Shown piece by piece: positions 27,944 through 38,493 of a DNA stretch of 64,000 nt. Numbering within the stretch: the first letter of the stretch is position 1; each line of letters begins with the position of its first letter. Below the pieces are notes generated by a model, which was given only the letters and a program-made list of their open reading frames with translations, had not been told where the DNA came from and made no database searches. The stretch lies in assembly GCA_038243585.1 (NCBI GenBank), contig JBBSQY010000013.1, positions 9,098 to 73,097 on the forward strand, written 5' to 3'. The translations under genes and the position numbers were made by a program. Source of the DNA: Candidatus Sumerlaeales bacterium (GTDB lineage: Bacteria; Sumerlaeota; Sumerlaeia; Sumerlaeales; Sumerlaeaceae).

Positions 27944-30289
27944 ATGAAACTGCACGCCGATCCGAAAAGACTTTTTCAATCCCTGATTCTGCTGACGCTT
28001 ATTATGCCTTTATCCAACATCGCTCTTGGTATCGGGATAATCATACCTATTCCCATTCCCCGGCCTCAGGCAGCTATCCCGCCGACTCTTAAGTCGGTAA
28101 ACGTAACGAGCCACATACAAAATGACATCGCCAAAACCCGGGTTACGCAGGTTTTTCACAACCCGAACCTTCTGCCGGTCGAAGCAGATTTTTATTTCCC
28201 CACTCCCGACGGGGCGGACATTACGGATTTCATCCTGTTTATGGATGGCAAGCCAGTAAAGGGAGAAGTGCTTGATAAAGATAAGGCGCAAAGCATTTAT
28301 CGTGACATCGTACGCAAACTGCGAGATCCCGGTCTTGTTGAGTGGTCGGGCAAAAACTTGTTCCGCGTTCGCCTTTTCCCGATTCCCGCCCGTGGCGATC
28401 AAAAAATCGAAATACAAATAACTCAACCACTTACGGCGGACCAGGGATATTACCGATTTAATGTACCATTGAAATATCCGTTGCATAACGGCGCTTCTTC
28501 CTCCCCTCCAACCGTTGATTTACAAATCTCCATTGAGTCTGATCCTCCGGTGAGAAACGTCTACTCCCCGACTCATAAGTTGGAAACTAACACTTCTGAT
28601 ACCCGATCACTGACTGTCACCGTGGCTGACGACAATCCGGCCAGCAATGGGCGAGATGGCGCCCATCTCGTCAATCAGGATTTTCTCCTTTTTTACGAAC
28701 ACTCTGACAAGCCGATTTCAGTCAGTCTCCTTTCCCATAAGAGCAAGAACACAGAAGGTTTTTTCACCTTGAGGATCAGTCCCCCATGGGATGCCCAAGG
28801 CACTACCACCCCACAAGCGTCGCCGGGGAATTATGTATTCGTCATCGACTCCAGCGGTAGCATGGTGGAAGGTGATAAGATTGAACAAGCCCGCAAGGCG
28901 TTAAGGTATTGCGTCAGTCTGCTGAAACCCACCGATCAATTTAATATCGTCAGATTTTCCACGACCGTGGAATCATTCAAGCCGGATCTGTTGCCTGCCT
29001 CACCGGATAATCGTAGAGCCGCCGTATATTGGATAGATGAGCTGCAAGCCCGCGGCGGAACCAACATCTCAGAAGCTTTAAAAGCTGCCCTTGCGCAAAG
29101 GAAAACGAAAAGCTCGGAAAATTGGTTTCAGACCGACACAACTGCGAATTCCATTTTCACCGTCGTCTTTTTAACAGACGGATTACCCACGGTTGGGGAA
29201 ACCGCTCCGGAAGCTATTTTAAAAGCCGTTAAAGAACAATCTGGAGACAACGTTCGAATCTTCACCTTCGGGGTCGGCCACGATGTTAATACCCGCCTAC
29301 TTGATTTCATCGCGAATTCGACTCGGGCAGCCAGCGAATATGTTTCTCCCGCCGCCGATCTGGAGGTGCCGGTCAGCCGCTTTTTCGATAAAATCAGCCG
29401 CCCCGCCCTGTTTAATCTGGAACTAAAAATTCCCGGCGTCGGCGTTTCAGAAATCTATCCAACGCAACTGCCCGATCTTTTTTACGGAACAGAATTGGCC
29501 GTTATGGGGAAATATAAAACTTCCGGCCCATCGCCAATTATTCTTTCGGGAACTATTGCCGGCAAACGGCAGGAATACCGATTTGAAAAAGTATTTCCTG
29601 ATTCCAATGAAACTAACCGTTTTGTAGAAAAGCTGTGGGCTACGCGCAAGGTTGCATGGCTATTGGATGAGCTCCGTAAGTCCGGCGAGAGCACGGAGCT
29701 AAAAAAGGAAATCGAGGAGACAGCCCTTAAGTACTCCATAGTCACACCCTACACCTCCTATCTCGCTATGCCAGACGAGGTGCCCAGCGCGCAGCCCCCT
29801 GATCTCCGAGCTGGCGTGGCTGATATCAGGCGTAAAGGGCGATATAAAAACAGCGGCAGGCCATCATCCGCCGATAAGTTGATGTCTATGAGCAACTTCA
29901 AGGCAGAATCCGGCGCGGGCGCGGTGCAGGCGGCACAGCAGGTCCAGCAGATGAAGACGGCTGAAATTGTTCCATCAACAGACGTAATGGATAATGAGGC
30001 CGTTCAGAAAGCAGTGAACGGAAAACTCTTCATCAACGAAAACGGCGTCTGGAAAGACTCAGCCATAGCCGGGACCGAAAAATCCGGGATTAAAATCAAA
30101 TATCTTTCTGATGCCTGGTTTCAAATATCGGAAACTTATCCTGAGCTAAGGGATTATTTAGCTGTAGGGGAACAGATTCAGGTGTTGGTGGCAGACGACA
30201 TGGTTCTGCACATTGGACCGGAAGGCCTTGATACCATTGACAATCCGACAAATACGTTACTAAAAACCACCATTGTAAAAAAGAATTAA
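27944..30289 (+). CDS. VIT (vault/inter-alpha-trypsin) plus von Willebrand factor A domain protein, exported
   Basis: Signal anchor. N-terminal VIT-like region (VTQVFHNPN...EADFYFP). vWA MIDAS motif VFVIDSSGSM with later TDG. ATG 27944 has GAGGG upstream. Confidence 0.8.
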   Translation: MKLHADPKRLFQSLILLTLIMPLSNIALGIGIIIPIPIPRPQAAIPPTLKSVNVTSHIQNDIAKTRVTQVFHNPNLLPVEADFYFPTPDGADITDFILFMDGKPVKGEVLDKDKAQSIYRDIVRKLRDPGLVEWSGKNLFRVRLFPIPARGDQKIEIQITQPLTADQGYYRFNVPLKYPLHNGASSSPPTVDLQISIESDPPVRNVYSPTHKLETNTSDTRSLTVTVADDNPASNGRDGAHLVNQDFLLFYEHSDKPISVSLLSHKSKNTEGFFTLRISPPWDAQGTTTPQASPGNYVFVIDSSGSMVEGDKIEQARKALRYCVSLLKPTDQFNIVRFSTTVESFKPDLLPASPDNRRAAVYWIDELQARGGTNISEALKAALAQRKTKSSENWFQTDTTANSIFTVVFLTDGLPTVGETAPEAILKAVKEQSGDNVRIFTFGVGHDVNTRLLDFIANSTRAASEYVSPAADLEVPVSRFFDKISRPALFNLELKIPGVGVSEIYPTQLPDLFYGTELAVMGKYKTSGPSPIILSGTIAGKRQEYRFEKVFPDSNETNRFVEKLWATRKVAWLLDELRKSGESTELKKEIEETALKYSIVTPYTSYLAMPDEVPSAQPPDLRAGVADIRRKGRYKNSGRPSSADKLMSMSNFKAESGAGAVQAAQQVQQMKTAEIVPSTDVMDNEAVQKAVNGKLFINENGVWKDSAIAGTEKSGIKIKYLSDAWFQISETYPELRDYLAVGEQIQVLVADDMVLHIGPEGLDTIDNPTNTLLKTTIVKKN

Positions 30290-30436
30290 CTAAAAAGGAA
30301 ACTTTTTGGGAACCCGCGTGAACAGTTGCTGTCCTATTAACCAGCAGCAAGCAAGACTGCCCCTTCGAAAAGGGTAGCCAAACTTCAACAAAGATCGTCC
30401 AAACAACGATCTTTCAAACCTCCTAACCTCAAGATT

Positions 30437-30470
30437 AGACCTCCGGACCAGCAGCCGGAGGTCTTTTCTT
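30437..30470 (+). terminator. Rho-independent terminator
   Basis: GACCTCCGG / CCGGAGGTC 9-bp stem with an 8-nt loop, followed by TTTTCTTT. Confidence 0.75.
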
Positions 30471-30490
30471 TGGTGGGAGATTGTTCCGCC

Positions 30491-31795
30491 TTACGAAAAA
30501 CGAATTCGAAACGGTATGCCAAACGCCACATGAGTGGCCACAATGGAGGCGATGTAAGTCAAAAAATGGACAACCGCCGTAGCGACCGCTAATCCTATCA
30601 CTCCGTAAACCCGCAAGCCGATATAAGCAGCGATGACATTTACGATGCCTGATACGACGCTGATAGTAAAGGCCAAGCCCGGTTTTCCTGCCTGAACGGG
30701 AATTATTGAGGCAGCATACGCAATTCCCATCACCGCCATAGCCGGTGCGAAGAAACAGAGCATTTCACTGGCTGGTCCGTATGCCGGGAAGAACATGTTT
30801 AATAACGGCTTGTTAAACAGAAAAAACAAAGCAAGAGGAATTGATAGCGCCAACATCAGACCGTAGACCCTACCTAAAAACGTTTCCAACTGTCGCGGTC
30901 CTCCGATATAAGCCGCAGAGACTCGAGGAGCAACTGCTGACAGCACGGACGACAATATTAAAGCTGGTATAATTAAAAATTGATTTGTAAGCCGGAACTG
31001 CCCAACATCAGCAAGATTTGACAACCCACCTAACATTAGCACATTAATATTTAGAAATAGAAATGTAGATAGACCGCGCAAAGCCAAGGGCAAACTATAG
31101 CGCAGAAAATCCGCTTTGGGTGCCTGAGCAACGGTCAGACTTGCGTTCCCCTTTAAAAATTGATGTCGGTAAGCCCATGCCATAAGAAGGCAATTCAGCA
31201 CCATCCCCGCCGCCATTACAAGGATGTACATTGTCACCTTATACCCTGATGCAGCAAGCCCAATTATACCTCCCGCCATTAAAGTCGCGCACGCACTGCC
31301 GATAATGGCGGGGGTGCGAAACTCCTGCATGCCACGGTAACAGCCGTCCAGCACGGCCCGACTACCACGGGCAATTGCCAGGGCGACGGCAAATACTATT
31401 AACGTAAGAGTAACCTGCGAATGGTAATAAAAAAAAGATATTACGCCCATTGAAAATGCAGCGAAAATCAGCGCAATGACAGAGACCCCTGCGTAGCGCC
31501 AGCCAATAAAAGCCGCATACGGATCGTTTCGAGCTTTGGCTTCCGAAACGCTTTTTATAATAGTCGGAAAGAACCCGTCGCCCAGCAACGTGACGAGCTG
31601 CACCCCCGCAAGCAGAATAGCTAATTGCCCCAAAGACGCAGGCCCAAACCAACGGGCCACCAGCAGCGAGGCAAACGTCATTGCGGCGGCTTCTATCCCC
31701 GAATGCAAGAGTAGCCAGCTAATGTTTCGGCCGATGCCGCCGGGTCTGAATCTGCCCGTGACATTCTTCAGCATTGAACGATCCATTCTAAGCAA
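30491..31795 (-). CDS. Polysaccharide flippase, MOP/Wzx-like polytopic membrane protein
   Basis: 434 aa and highly hydrophobic, with about 12 predicted helices. It sits at the end of a glycosyltransferase operon. Confidence 0.7.
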   Translation of the reverse strand: MLRMDRSMLKNVTGRFRPGGIGRNISWLLLHSGIEAAAMTFASLLVARWFGPASLGQLAILLAGVQLVTLLGDGFFPTIIKSVSEAKARNDPYAAFIGWRYAGVSVIALIFAAFSMGVISFFYYHSQVTLTLIVFAVALAIARGSRAVLDGCYRGMQEFRTPAIIGSACATLMAGGIIGLAASGYKVTMYILVMAAGMVLNCLLMAWAYRHQFLKGNASLTVAQAPKADFLRYSLPLALRGLSTFLFLNINVLMLGGLSNLADVGQFRLTNQFLIIPALILSSVLSAVAPRVSAAYIGGPRQLETFLGRVYGLMLALSIPLALFFLFNKPLLNMFFPAYGPASEMLCFFAPAMAVMGIAYAASIIPVQAGKPGLAFTISVVSGIVNVIAAYIGLRVYGVIGLAVATAVVHFLTYIASIVATHVAFGIPFRIRFS

Positions 31796-31822
31796 GCCGG
31801 AAACAGCAGAGTGCGCTACACA

Positions 31823-32983
31823 TCATTTTGTCAAAAGCCGCTGTATTATAAATTCGAATGAGTTTACCATACGCCTAGGTGTAAAATCCTCGGCGTGCAT
31901 TTTGGCTGCTTGTCCTAGTTCATCTCGATATTGAGAGTTTGAGGCCAAATCTCTGATAGCCTCAGCGGTGGCGGCGGGATCATCGGGAAACACAATTAGT
32001 CCGGTTTTCCCGTGAAGAACGGCTTCGACCGCACCCCCGCTGTTTCCTGCAATGGAAGGTTTTCCATGCAGTCCGGCTTCAAGAAAAACCATTCCAAATC
32101 CTTCTCTCTCGCCATCGCTCATCTGTCGATTGGGCATACAAAAAAAATCACATTGTGCATAAAGGCTGTCTACATCTTGAACAGAGCCTAAAAATATCAC
32201 ATGATTATCCAGTCCAAGTCCTCTCACCAGCTTCATAAGGTGCGTCTTGAACGGGCCAACTCCGGCAATATAATAGCGCAAATTCGGGAATTCCTCAGTA
32301 AGCAGGTGTACCGCTAAAATGGCTGTGTCTATTCCCTTCCGTTCCACCAGCCGTGATAGCGTCAAAAGTACCGGATTACCAAATAACGGAAGGTTCTCAA
32401 TAGTTAAGTCCTTTCCATACGAACTAACTGCCGGGGGAACGACTACAGTCTTAAGGGCGGTGCCGGACCTCACTTCTTCAAGCTCGGCCCTGCTGCTTTC
32501 AGTAAGAACTGTCACATTATGAGCGGCGGCAAGGACGCTGCGCATTAATTTTCGCATCCTCATTCCACGCTTGTACACTGTGATTTCTTCCCCGTAGGTA
32601 ATCACCAGTAACGCTCGAAATCGCCGCAAGCGAATTAACGCGCTTCCGACTACTCCAGCGGGAATAATATGGCCTGCAATGACGATATCGCCATGTGATA
32701 ATATCAGGCGCATAAAAAGAAACGGGAAAATCGAAAGGCGGGAGAAGCGGTTTACTAGCGGATTAGAATGGGCACCCCAATTTTGAAGTTTAAACCACAC
32801 GGTACTTCTTTGTATCTGAACACCAGCAATAGCTGCTTGCACGACGCTGCCGCTAACCGCGGGTGTAAAGACTTTCACGGTATGCCGGTTTTGCGCCAGT
32901 CCTTCCGCTAAAGTTTTAAGATAGGCTTCCGAGCCCCCTCGATTAGGCGAGAAAGTGTCTGCAATAATTAGGATTTGCGCCAT
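31823..32983 (-). CDS. Glycosyltransferase family 4 (GT-B)
   Basis: N-terminus MAQILIIADTFSPNRGGSE and the C-terminal EGFGMVFLEAGLHGKPSIA (E-x7-E region). Confidence 0.88.
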   Translation of the reverse strand: MAQILIIADTFSPNRGGSEAYLKTLAEGLAQNRHTVKVFTPAVSGSVVQAAIAGVQIQRSTVWFKLQNWGAHSNPLVNRFSRLSIFPFLFMRLILSHGDIVIAGHIIPAGVVGSALIRLRRFRALLVITYGEEITVYKRGMRMRKLMRSVLAAAHNVTVLTESSRAELEEVRSGTALKTVVVPPAVSSYGKDLTIENLPLFGNPVLLTLSRLVERKGIDTAILAVHLLTEEFPNLRYYIAGVGPFKTHLMKLVRGLGLDNHVIFLGSVQDVDSLYAQCDFFCMPNRQMSDGEREGFGMVFLEAGLHGKPSIAGNSGGAVEAVLHGKTGLIVFPDDPAATAEAIRDLASNSQYRDELGQAAKMHAEDFTPRRMVNSFEFIIQRLLTK

Positions 32984-33082
32984 CTAAATCACATTTCTTA
33001 AAATCTACGTTGCTACCGGATAATGCTCTTTTAGTTTTGATTACCTTAAAAACGTCCGAGCATCATGTCAGATTTTTCGGTC

Positions 33083-34222
33083 TCACTCACTGGAAAGCCG
33101 CTTCCCGGCTTCTTCCGTTTCCAGCCTTTCGTGAGCGTCAAAAAGTAGCCTGGGAATGTTCAGACTCTGCGGACAACGGGGCAGACAGTCGCCACATTCG
33201 TTGCACTTGTTGGCTTTGTTTCCCGGCTGCCAGTGGCCTGCCACCTCAAACATTTTGTAGCGATACTTACCATATTCCGCCATGTCAAAACCCGTCGCAA
33301 GATTTCGGAGGCGCAGAACCTCCGGAATACTGATTTCCATAGGACAAGGCAGACACTGCCAGCACTGGGCACAAAACTCATCCTGCGGGATGGCATTCCA
33401 CTGCGCCTCCACCCGGCTTAAAACACCGTACTCTTCTTCACTGAACGGTCCGTCCATATCAAAGGCGGGGACATGAGGTTCAAACTCTTCCACAAAACTT
33501 GGCCCGAACGACAACGTATGAACCTGCGGGTGGAGGCCCAGAAGCCAACGAGCGTTGAATACCACCGGATGCATAGGCTGGCACAGGCGGCTTAGCACCG
33601 GAGACGGACGAAAAAGCTGTCCACCCTTATCGGCCGGGGAAATAATAAACACACCCATGTCCAGTTCAGCGGCGCGGTCGACGGCGGCGCGATTACGCTG
33701 ATTGAAGTAATAATAGTGCAGGTTCACACTTTCAAACATTTGCGTGTTTATCGCCGCGAGAATAACCTCCAGCGGCCCGTGGGTAGAAAATCCCACATGC
33801 CGAATGAGCCCCTCGCGAACCGCGCGATCCACCGCTTTACGGCACCCGTCCGGGTCTTGCACCTGATTCAGAATGTCAAACGTGTTGATCCCGTGATAAT
33901 CAAAATTATCAATCCACGTGATCTTCATCTTTTCTAGCGACTCGTTGATGAACCGCCACATCGTTTCCTCGTCTTCCTGTGGGGATATCTTTGTGGTGAT
34001 ATAAAGTCGCTCCCGCGGCAGCTTGTGCATGATGCCGCCCAACAGCTCTTCGCTCAATTTATATCCGCGGGCGGTTTCGATGTGATTAATGCCGCAATCC
34101 AGCCCCTTCATCACCACCGCTTCCATCTGTTCGGCTTCAACTGCGGGAGGAATAAACCGCATCCCACCCATGCTGAAGACGCTGAGCATCATCTCGGTCT
34201 TGCCGAAGCGCCTGTACTTCAT
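33083..34222 (-). CDS. Aldo/keto reductase with C-terminal Fe-S (ferredoxin-like) domain
   Basis: The AKR N-terminal pattern MKYRRFGKTEMMLSVFSMGGMRF and its HIETARGY continuation, plus C-terminal CAQCWQCLPCP and CNECGDCLPRCP cysteine motifs. Confidence 0.8.
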   Translation of the reverse strand: MKYRRFGKTEMMLSVFSMGGMRFIPPAVEAEQMEAVVMKGLDCGINHIETARGYKLSEELLGGIMHKLPRERLYITTKISPQEDEETMWRFINESLEKMKITWIDNFDYHGINTFDILNQVQDPDGCRKAVDRAVREGLIRHVGFSTHGPLEVILAAINTQMFESVNLHYYYFNQRNRAAVDRAAELDMGVFIISPADKGGQLFRPSPVLSRLCQPMHPVVFNARWLLGLHPQVHTLSFGPSFVEEFEPHVPAFDMDGPFSEEEYGVLSRVEAQWNAIPQDEFCAQCWQCLPCPMEISIPEVLRLRNLATGFDMAEYGKYRYKMFEVAGHWQPGNKANKCNECGDCLPRCPQSLNIPRLLFDAHERLETEEAGKRLSSE

Positions 34223-35241
34223 TGAGACTCGAGTGACCCGTAGATTTTTTCGATCGTCTGCACCACAGCGACGGCCTCCAGTGGATTTACGTCAAGTTCC
34301 GCACGGCTCTTTATGGCCGCGACTACGTTGATATATTGCCTAAAAAATAGTTCAAGCTTAATATCTAAATCAATGGGAGCAATATCAGATTGCGGCTCCG
34401 GAAGCGCCAGTCCGTCAGCATGGAACCAATACACGACTCTGCCTTTTTCCACTTTAATAGACGCCGTGGACGAATGAACTTCATACGCCTCGTCGAAACC
34501 CGGTGCCGCGCTAGTGCTAGCCTCCAGAGTAGCAAGCAGTCCACATTGCCAGCGGAAAATAGCCACCGCCGTGTCCTCTGTTTCAAGCACCTGCGACCGT
34601 GAGCAATGACTAAAACCCGACACCTCATTAGGCACTCCAAAAATCCATTGCAACGTATCAATGGAATGCACCGCCTGGTTCATGAGTACCCCCCCATGCT
34701 CCCCCGCGCGGCGTCCCCGCCACTGGCTTTCCAAGTAGTACTCATCATGCCTAAACCACTTTACCGTGGCCCGCGCCAGCACCGGTCGGCCCATAAGACC
34801 ACTCGATACCGCCGCCTTTAGCGACGCCACACCGGCGCTATACCTGTTCTGGCTTATCACCGCGCATTGAACTCCGGCATTTTGACAGGCCCGCGTCAGT
34901 CTAAGCGCTTCAACTGACTGTGAATCAATCGGCTTTTCCACCACCACATGCTTCCCTGCTCGCGCGGCTTTAACACCAAATTCTCCGTGCATCCCGCTTG
35001 GCAGACAAATGACAACCGCGTCCACATTTTCGCTTTTCAACATAGATTCGAAATCAGCAAACATCAGGCATTTATGCTTCTCGGAAATACGACTGGAGAT
35101 ATCCGCACTTTGATCGCAAACTCCCGCCAACACGGCACCAGGCACAGAAGCGATTACCCGACAGTGCCGCTCCCCCATTAGACCAAGTCCAATTATCCCA
35201 AATCGGACATCACTATCATAAATGGCTTTAGGCTCAGTCAC
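34219..35241 (-). CDS. Gfo/Idh/MocA family oxidoreductase
   Basis: RFGIIGLGLMGERH Rossmann motif and VVVEKP motif. It overlaps both neighbours (4 nt and 8 nt). Confidence 0.85.
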   Translation of the reverse strand: MTEPKAIYDSDVRFGIIGLGLMGERHCRVIASVPGAVLAGVCDQSADISSRISEKHKCLMFADFESMLKSENVDAVVICLPSGMHGEFGVKAARAGKHVVVEKPIDSQSVEALRLTRACQNAGVQCAVISQNRYSAGVASLKAAVSSGLMGRPVLARATVKWFRHDEYYLESQWRGRRAGEHGGVLMNQAVHSIDTLQWIFGVPNEVSGFSHCSRSQVLETEDTAVAIFRWQCGLLATLEASTSAAPGFDEAYEVHSSTASIKVEKGRVVYWFHADGLALPEPQSDIAPIDLDIKLELFFRQYINVVAAIKSRAELDVNPLEAVAVVQTIEKIYGSLESQ

Positions 35242-35965
35242 GCAAACGTCCAGTCGGGATAAATCTACAGCGATACCAACATAATCCTATAATGTCGTAA
35301 ATGCCAACCCAAATGCGATCATTCACTCCATATTTTGAGAATCCGCCTATTCGCGCCCGATGACTAACCGGCATTTCAATAACCTTAAATCCGTGAATCA
35401 TTATAAGTGTTGGAAGAAACCTATGGAGCGCGAGAAACGCAGGGAGTTGTACCAGCGCAGTACGTTTAATGATCCGCAGAGAACAGCCGGCGTCGGTAAT
35501 ATTATCATTCAGCGCCCACCGCCGCACCCGGTTCGCGAAACGACCAAAAAAAACTTTTCCGTTCCTGTCCTGTCGGTTTTGTCGAACACCGCAAACAGCG
35601 TCCGCCTGTTCGCGATTCATGAAATCCAACATTGCTGGTAAATCTGCTGGGTCGTTTTGCAGATCAGAATCCATAGTTATTAATAAATTTCCGCGCGCAG
35701 CGGTAATTCCGGACAATACGGCAGCGCTCTGCCCAAAATTGGATTGGTGTTTTAGCACCCGTAAATTAGGATATAGCGACTGCGCCTGCTTCAGTTTCAG
35801 GAGTGATTCGTCCGTACTTCCATCGTCTACGTATAAAATTTCAAACTGACTGCTGACGTCACTCATAGCCGCATCCAGCTGCGCAAGCAAAGTGTCAATA
35901 TTATCTGCCTCGTTGTAGCCGGGCAAAATAACAGAAATTTCAGGAGAGTTTATCATCAGCGCCAA
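35234..35965 (-). CDS. Glycosyltransferase family 2, polyprenol-phosphate glycosyltransferase (ArnC/GtrB-like)
   Basis: ISVILPGYNEADNI, YVDDGSTD and MDSDLQNDP (DxD) motifs. C-terminal membrane helices. Confidence 0.88.
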   Translation of the reverse strand: MALMINSPEISVILPGYNEADNIDTLLAQLDAAMSDVSSQFEILYVDDGSTDESLLKLKQAQSLYPNLRVLKHQSNFGQSAAVLSGITAARGNLLITMDSDLQNDPADLPAMLDFMNREQADAVCGVRQNRQDRNGKVFFGRFANRVRRWALNDNITDAGCSLRIIKRTALVQLPAFLALHRFLPTLIMIHGFKVIEMPVSHRARIGGFSKYGVNDRIWVGIYDIIGLCWYRCRFIPTGRLRD

Positions 35966-36089
35966 TGCATTCTTGTGCTCCCATTTGTTTCATCATCAAG
36001 CGTTAATGTTGATTGAATGACAGTGAATATTCACGTCCGCACATCATAGAAACGCTTGCTGCTAAATTTTGGCAACAAGACAGCAAAGT

Positions 36090-36166
36090 GCACCCATAGC
36101 TCAATTGGATAGAGCAACAGACTACGAATCTGTAGGTTGGGCGTTCGACTCGCTCTGGGTGCACCA
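36090..36166 (+). tRNA. tRNA-Arg (anticodon ACG), CCA encoded
   Basis: Hand-folded cloverleaf. Acceptor GCACCCA/TGGGTGC, D-arm GCTC..GAGC, anticodon stem ACAGA/TCTGT with loop CTACGAA, T-arm GGGCG TTCGACT CGCTC. Confidence 0.93.
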
Positions 36167-36336
36167 CTTCTCCCTTTTCCAACTACCTTAGATGTTTTGC
36201 CTAGCTTGGGTTGGTGCTAACGATAAGTCGATCTGGCAATCTACAAACAACCGTTACAGTCTTTATAACCCGTAGGTCTGACGGCGCTGCCATCGATTTT
36301 GCATGATCTCTAATTCGAGGTGTAGCCAGATCGACC

Positions 36337-38391
36337 ATGACTGACGACAAGCCAAACCGCCCCCCCAACCGCCTTTCAAAAGAATCCTCTCCCTATCTGA
36401 TCCAGCACCAGTATAACCCAGTGGACTGGTATCCATGGGGTGAGGAGGCATTTGCCCGCGCCCGCGCTGAAAATAAGCCGCTTCTCATCAGCATTGGCTA
36501 TTCCGCCTGTCACTGGTGCCATGTAATGGAGCACGAAAGCTTTAGCAACGAAGAGATCGCGCGTCAGATCAATGATACCGTCATTCCTGTAAAGGTTGAT
36601 CGGGAAGAACGGCCCGACGTCGATGCTATCTACATGAACGCCTGTCAGGCTATGACAGGGCAGGGCGGGTGGCCTTTAAACGCATTCGTTACGCCCGATC
36701 TGAAGCCTTTTTTTGTCGGCACGTATTTTCCGCCTCAGGACAACTACGGACGTCCCGGATTTAGCAGTGTGCTGCAGCGAATTCGCGAGGCATGGGTTAC
36801 CGACAGCCGAGGCTTGATGCAGCAGGCAGAATCCCTGCATGCGCAATTTGAGCATTTCTCCAGCAGTTCCGATGCGCAACAACTGGCTCCTGAGCTTCTG
36901 GAAGACGTGGTGCGCGATTCCGCATCCATATATGATTTGCGACATGGCGGGTTTGCCACCGCTCCGAAGTTTCCGCCAGATACCCGCCTTGCGCTGCTCC
37001 TTGCCGCATATTCCGTAGACGGCGCCCAATCCGCCCTTAAAATGACCACCGGCACCCTCGACGCCATGGCCTACGGTGGCCTGTATGACCAGATAGGCGG
37101 AGGCTTTGCCCGCTACAGTGTTGATGCGCAATGGCTTATCCCCCACTTCGAAAAGATGCTGTATAACCAGGCTCTTCTGATACCCGTATATGCAGATGCG
37201 TGGCTGGTAACTGGCAAGCCATTGTATGAGCGCATTGCTCGGGAGACGGCCGACTGGGTGCTGCGAGACCTGACAGCCGACAACGGCGTGTTCCAATGCG
37301 CGTACGATGCTGACAGCGAAGGCGAAGAAGGTAAGTTTTATGTATGGACCCCGCTGCAGATTGCGGAAATACTTCCGCAAGAAGATGCGGCCTTGTTTTG
37401 TGCATACTACAATATCACATCGCGCGGTAATTTTGAACATAACACCAGCAACCCAAACATTACCGTGCCACCGGAAGAATTCGCCGCGAGCCATAAGATG
37501 GATGTACAGGTGTGGCTGAACCGCCTGAACGCGATGCGCGAACAGGTTCGAGCCGCGAGAGAGACTCGCGTCTGGCCGGGCTTAGATGACAAATGCCTGA
37601 CCGGTTGGAACGGCCTGATGATCTCAGCGCTTTGCCGCATAGCCCAAGCTTTTGACGACAACCAGTATGAACAGGCAGCGCGCCAGGCCGCCGAGACATT
37701 GCTTGAAAAGCAGTGGGACGGCGAAACCCTTTTGCGTGTATTGAAAGACGACCGGTCCAGCGTACGCGGCACTCTTGAAGACTACTCATTTTTTGCCGAA
37801 GCCCTTATTGACCTTTATGAAACAACGTTTGAAATGAAGTGGCTGGATGCGGCCAAGGCTATCTCGGCCGGTATGACGGCCTTGTTTGAAGACAAGGAGA
37901 ACGGCGGCTTCTTTTACACGGACGGCCGGGATACAAGTCTGATTAGCCGGACTCGCGACACGCACGACGGAGCCCTGCCCGCTTCGGCTTCCATAGCTGT
38001 TAGGGCGTTGCTGCGCTTGGGGCATTTTTATCGTGATGCGGCGCTAACGGAAACGGCCAGGAAGGCTCTCTCGGCGGATGGTCGTCGTGCAAACGCCCAC
38101 CCCATGGCTTACTCAGCCTTGGTTCTGGCTGATTTGTATGCTCGTCCTGACGTTCCGGAAATTACTATTGTGGGCCAAGATATGCATGCTGTGAAGGATC
38201 TTGTAAACGCTGTCCGACAAAGCTATCTTCCGGCGAAAATTCTTTCGGTAAGCCTGACTTCGATGCCAAACTTGCCGCCAATGGCCAGCGACAAGCCAGC
38301 AACCGAAATTGCGCAGGCTTACGTCTGCCGGAATTTCGTATGCCAGCCGCCGGTGACTAACGCGACTGAGCTTACAGACTTGCTGAAGTAG
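36337..38391 (+). CDS. Thioredoxin-domain protein of the DUF255/YyaL family (thioredoxin-like N-terminus plus six-hairpin domain)
   Basis: [22 protein letters not shown]...[19 protein letters not shown] is the family hallmark. Length 684 aa. Confidence 0.88.
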   Translation: MTDDKPNRPPNRLSKESSPYLIQHQYNPVDWYPWGEEAFARARAENKPLLISIGYSACHWCHVMEHESFSNEEIARQINDTVIPVKVDREERPDVDAIYMNACQAMTGQGGWPLNAFVTPDLKPFFVGTYFPPQDNYGRPGFSSVLQRIREAWVTDSRGLMQQAESLHAQFEHFSSSSDAQQLAPELLEDVVRDSASIYDLRHGGFATAPKFPPDTRLALLLAAYSVDGAQSALKMTTGTLDAMAYGGLYDQIGGGFARYSVDAQWLIPHFEKMLYNQALLIPVYADAWLVTGKPLYERIARETADWVLRDLTADNGVFQCAYDADSEGEEGKFYVWTPLQIAEILPQEDAALFCAYYNITSRGNFEHNTSNPNITVPPEEFAASHKMDVQVWLNRLNAMREQVRAARETRVWPGLDDKCLTGWNGLMISALCRIAQAFDDNQYEQAARQAAETLLEKQWDGETLLRVLKDDRSSVRGTLEDYSFFAEALIDLYETTFEMKWLDAAKAISAGMTALFEDKENGGFFYTDGRDTSLISRTRDTHDGALPASASIAVRALLRLGHFYRDAALTETARKALSADGRRANAHPMAYSALVLADLYARPDVPEITIVGQDMHAVKDLVNAVRQSYLPAKILSVSLTSMPNLPPMASDKPATEIAQAYVCRNFVCQPPVTNATELTDLLK

Positions 38392-38493
38392 CATAGGCGC
38401 CTGGCCTGTGCAAAAAAGAACAACAGCGATTGACGGAACAAATGATACTAGAAATGAAGTTTACGCTGCTCTGACATAGGTGGGAGACCTGTG

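Noticed and set aside
36676-37494. 272-aa minus-strand ORF, plus several 70-120-aa ORFs, antisense to the DUF255/YyaL gene
   Set aside because: It is a shadow ORF of a confidently identified plus-strand gene. It has no recognisable domain and its composition mirrors the sense strand.
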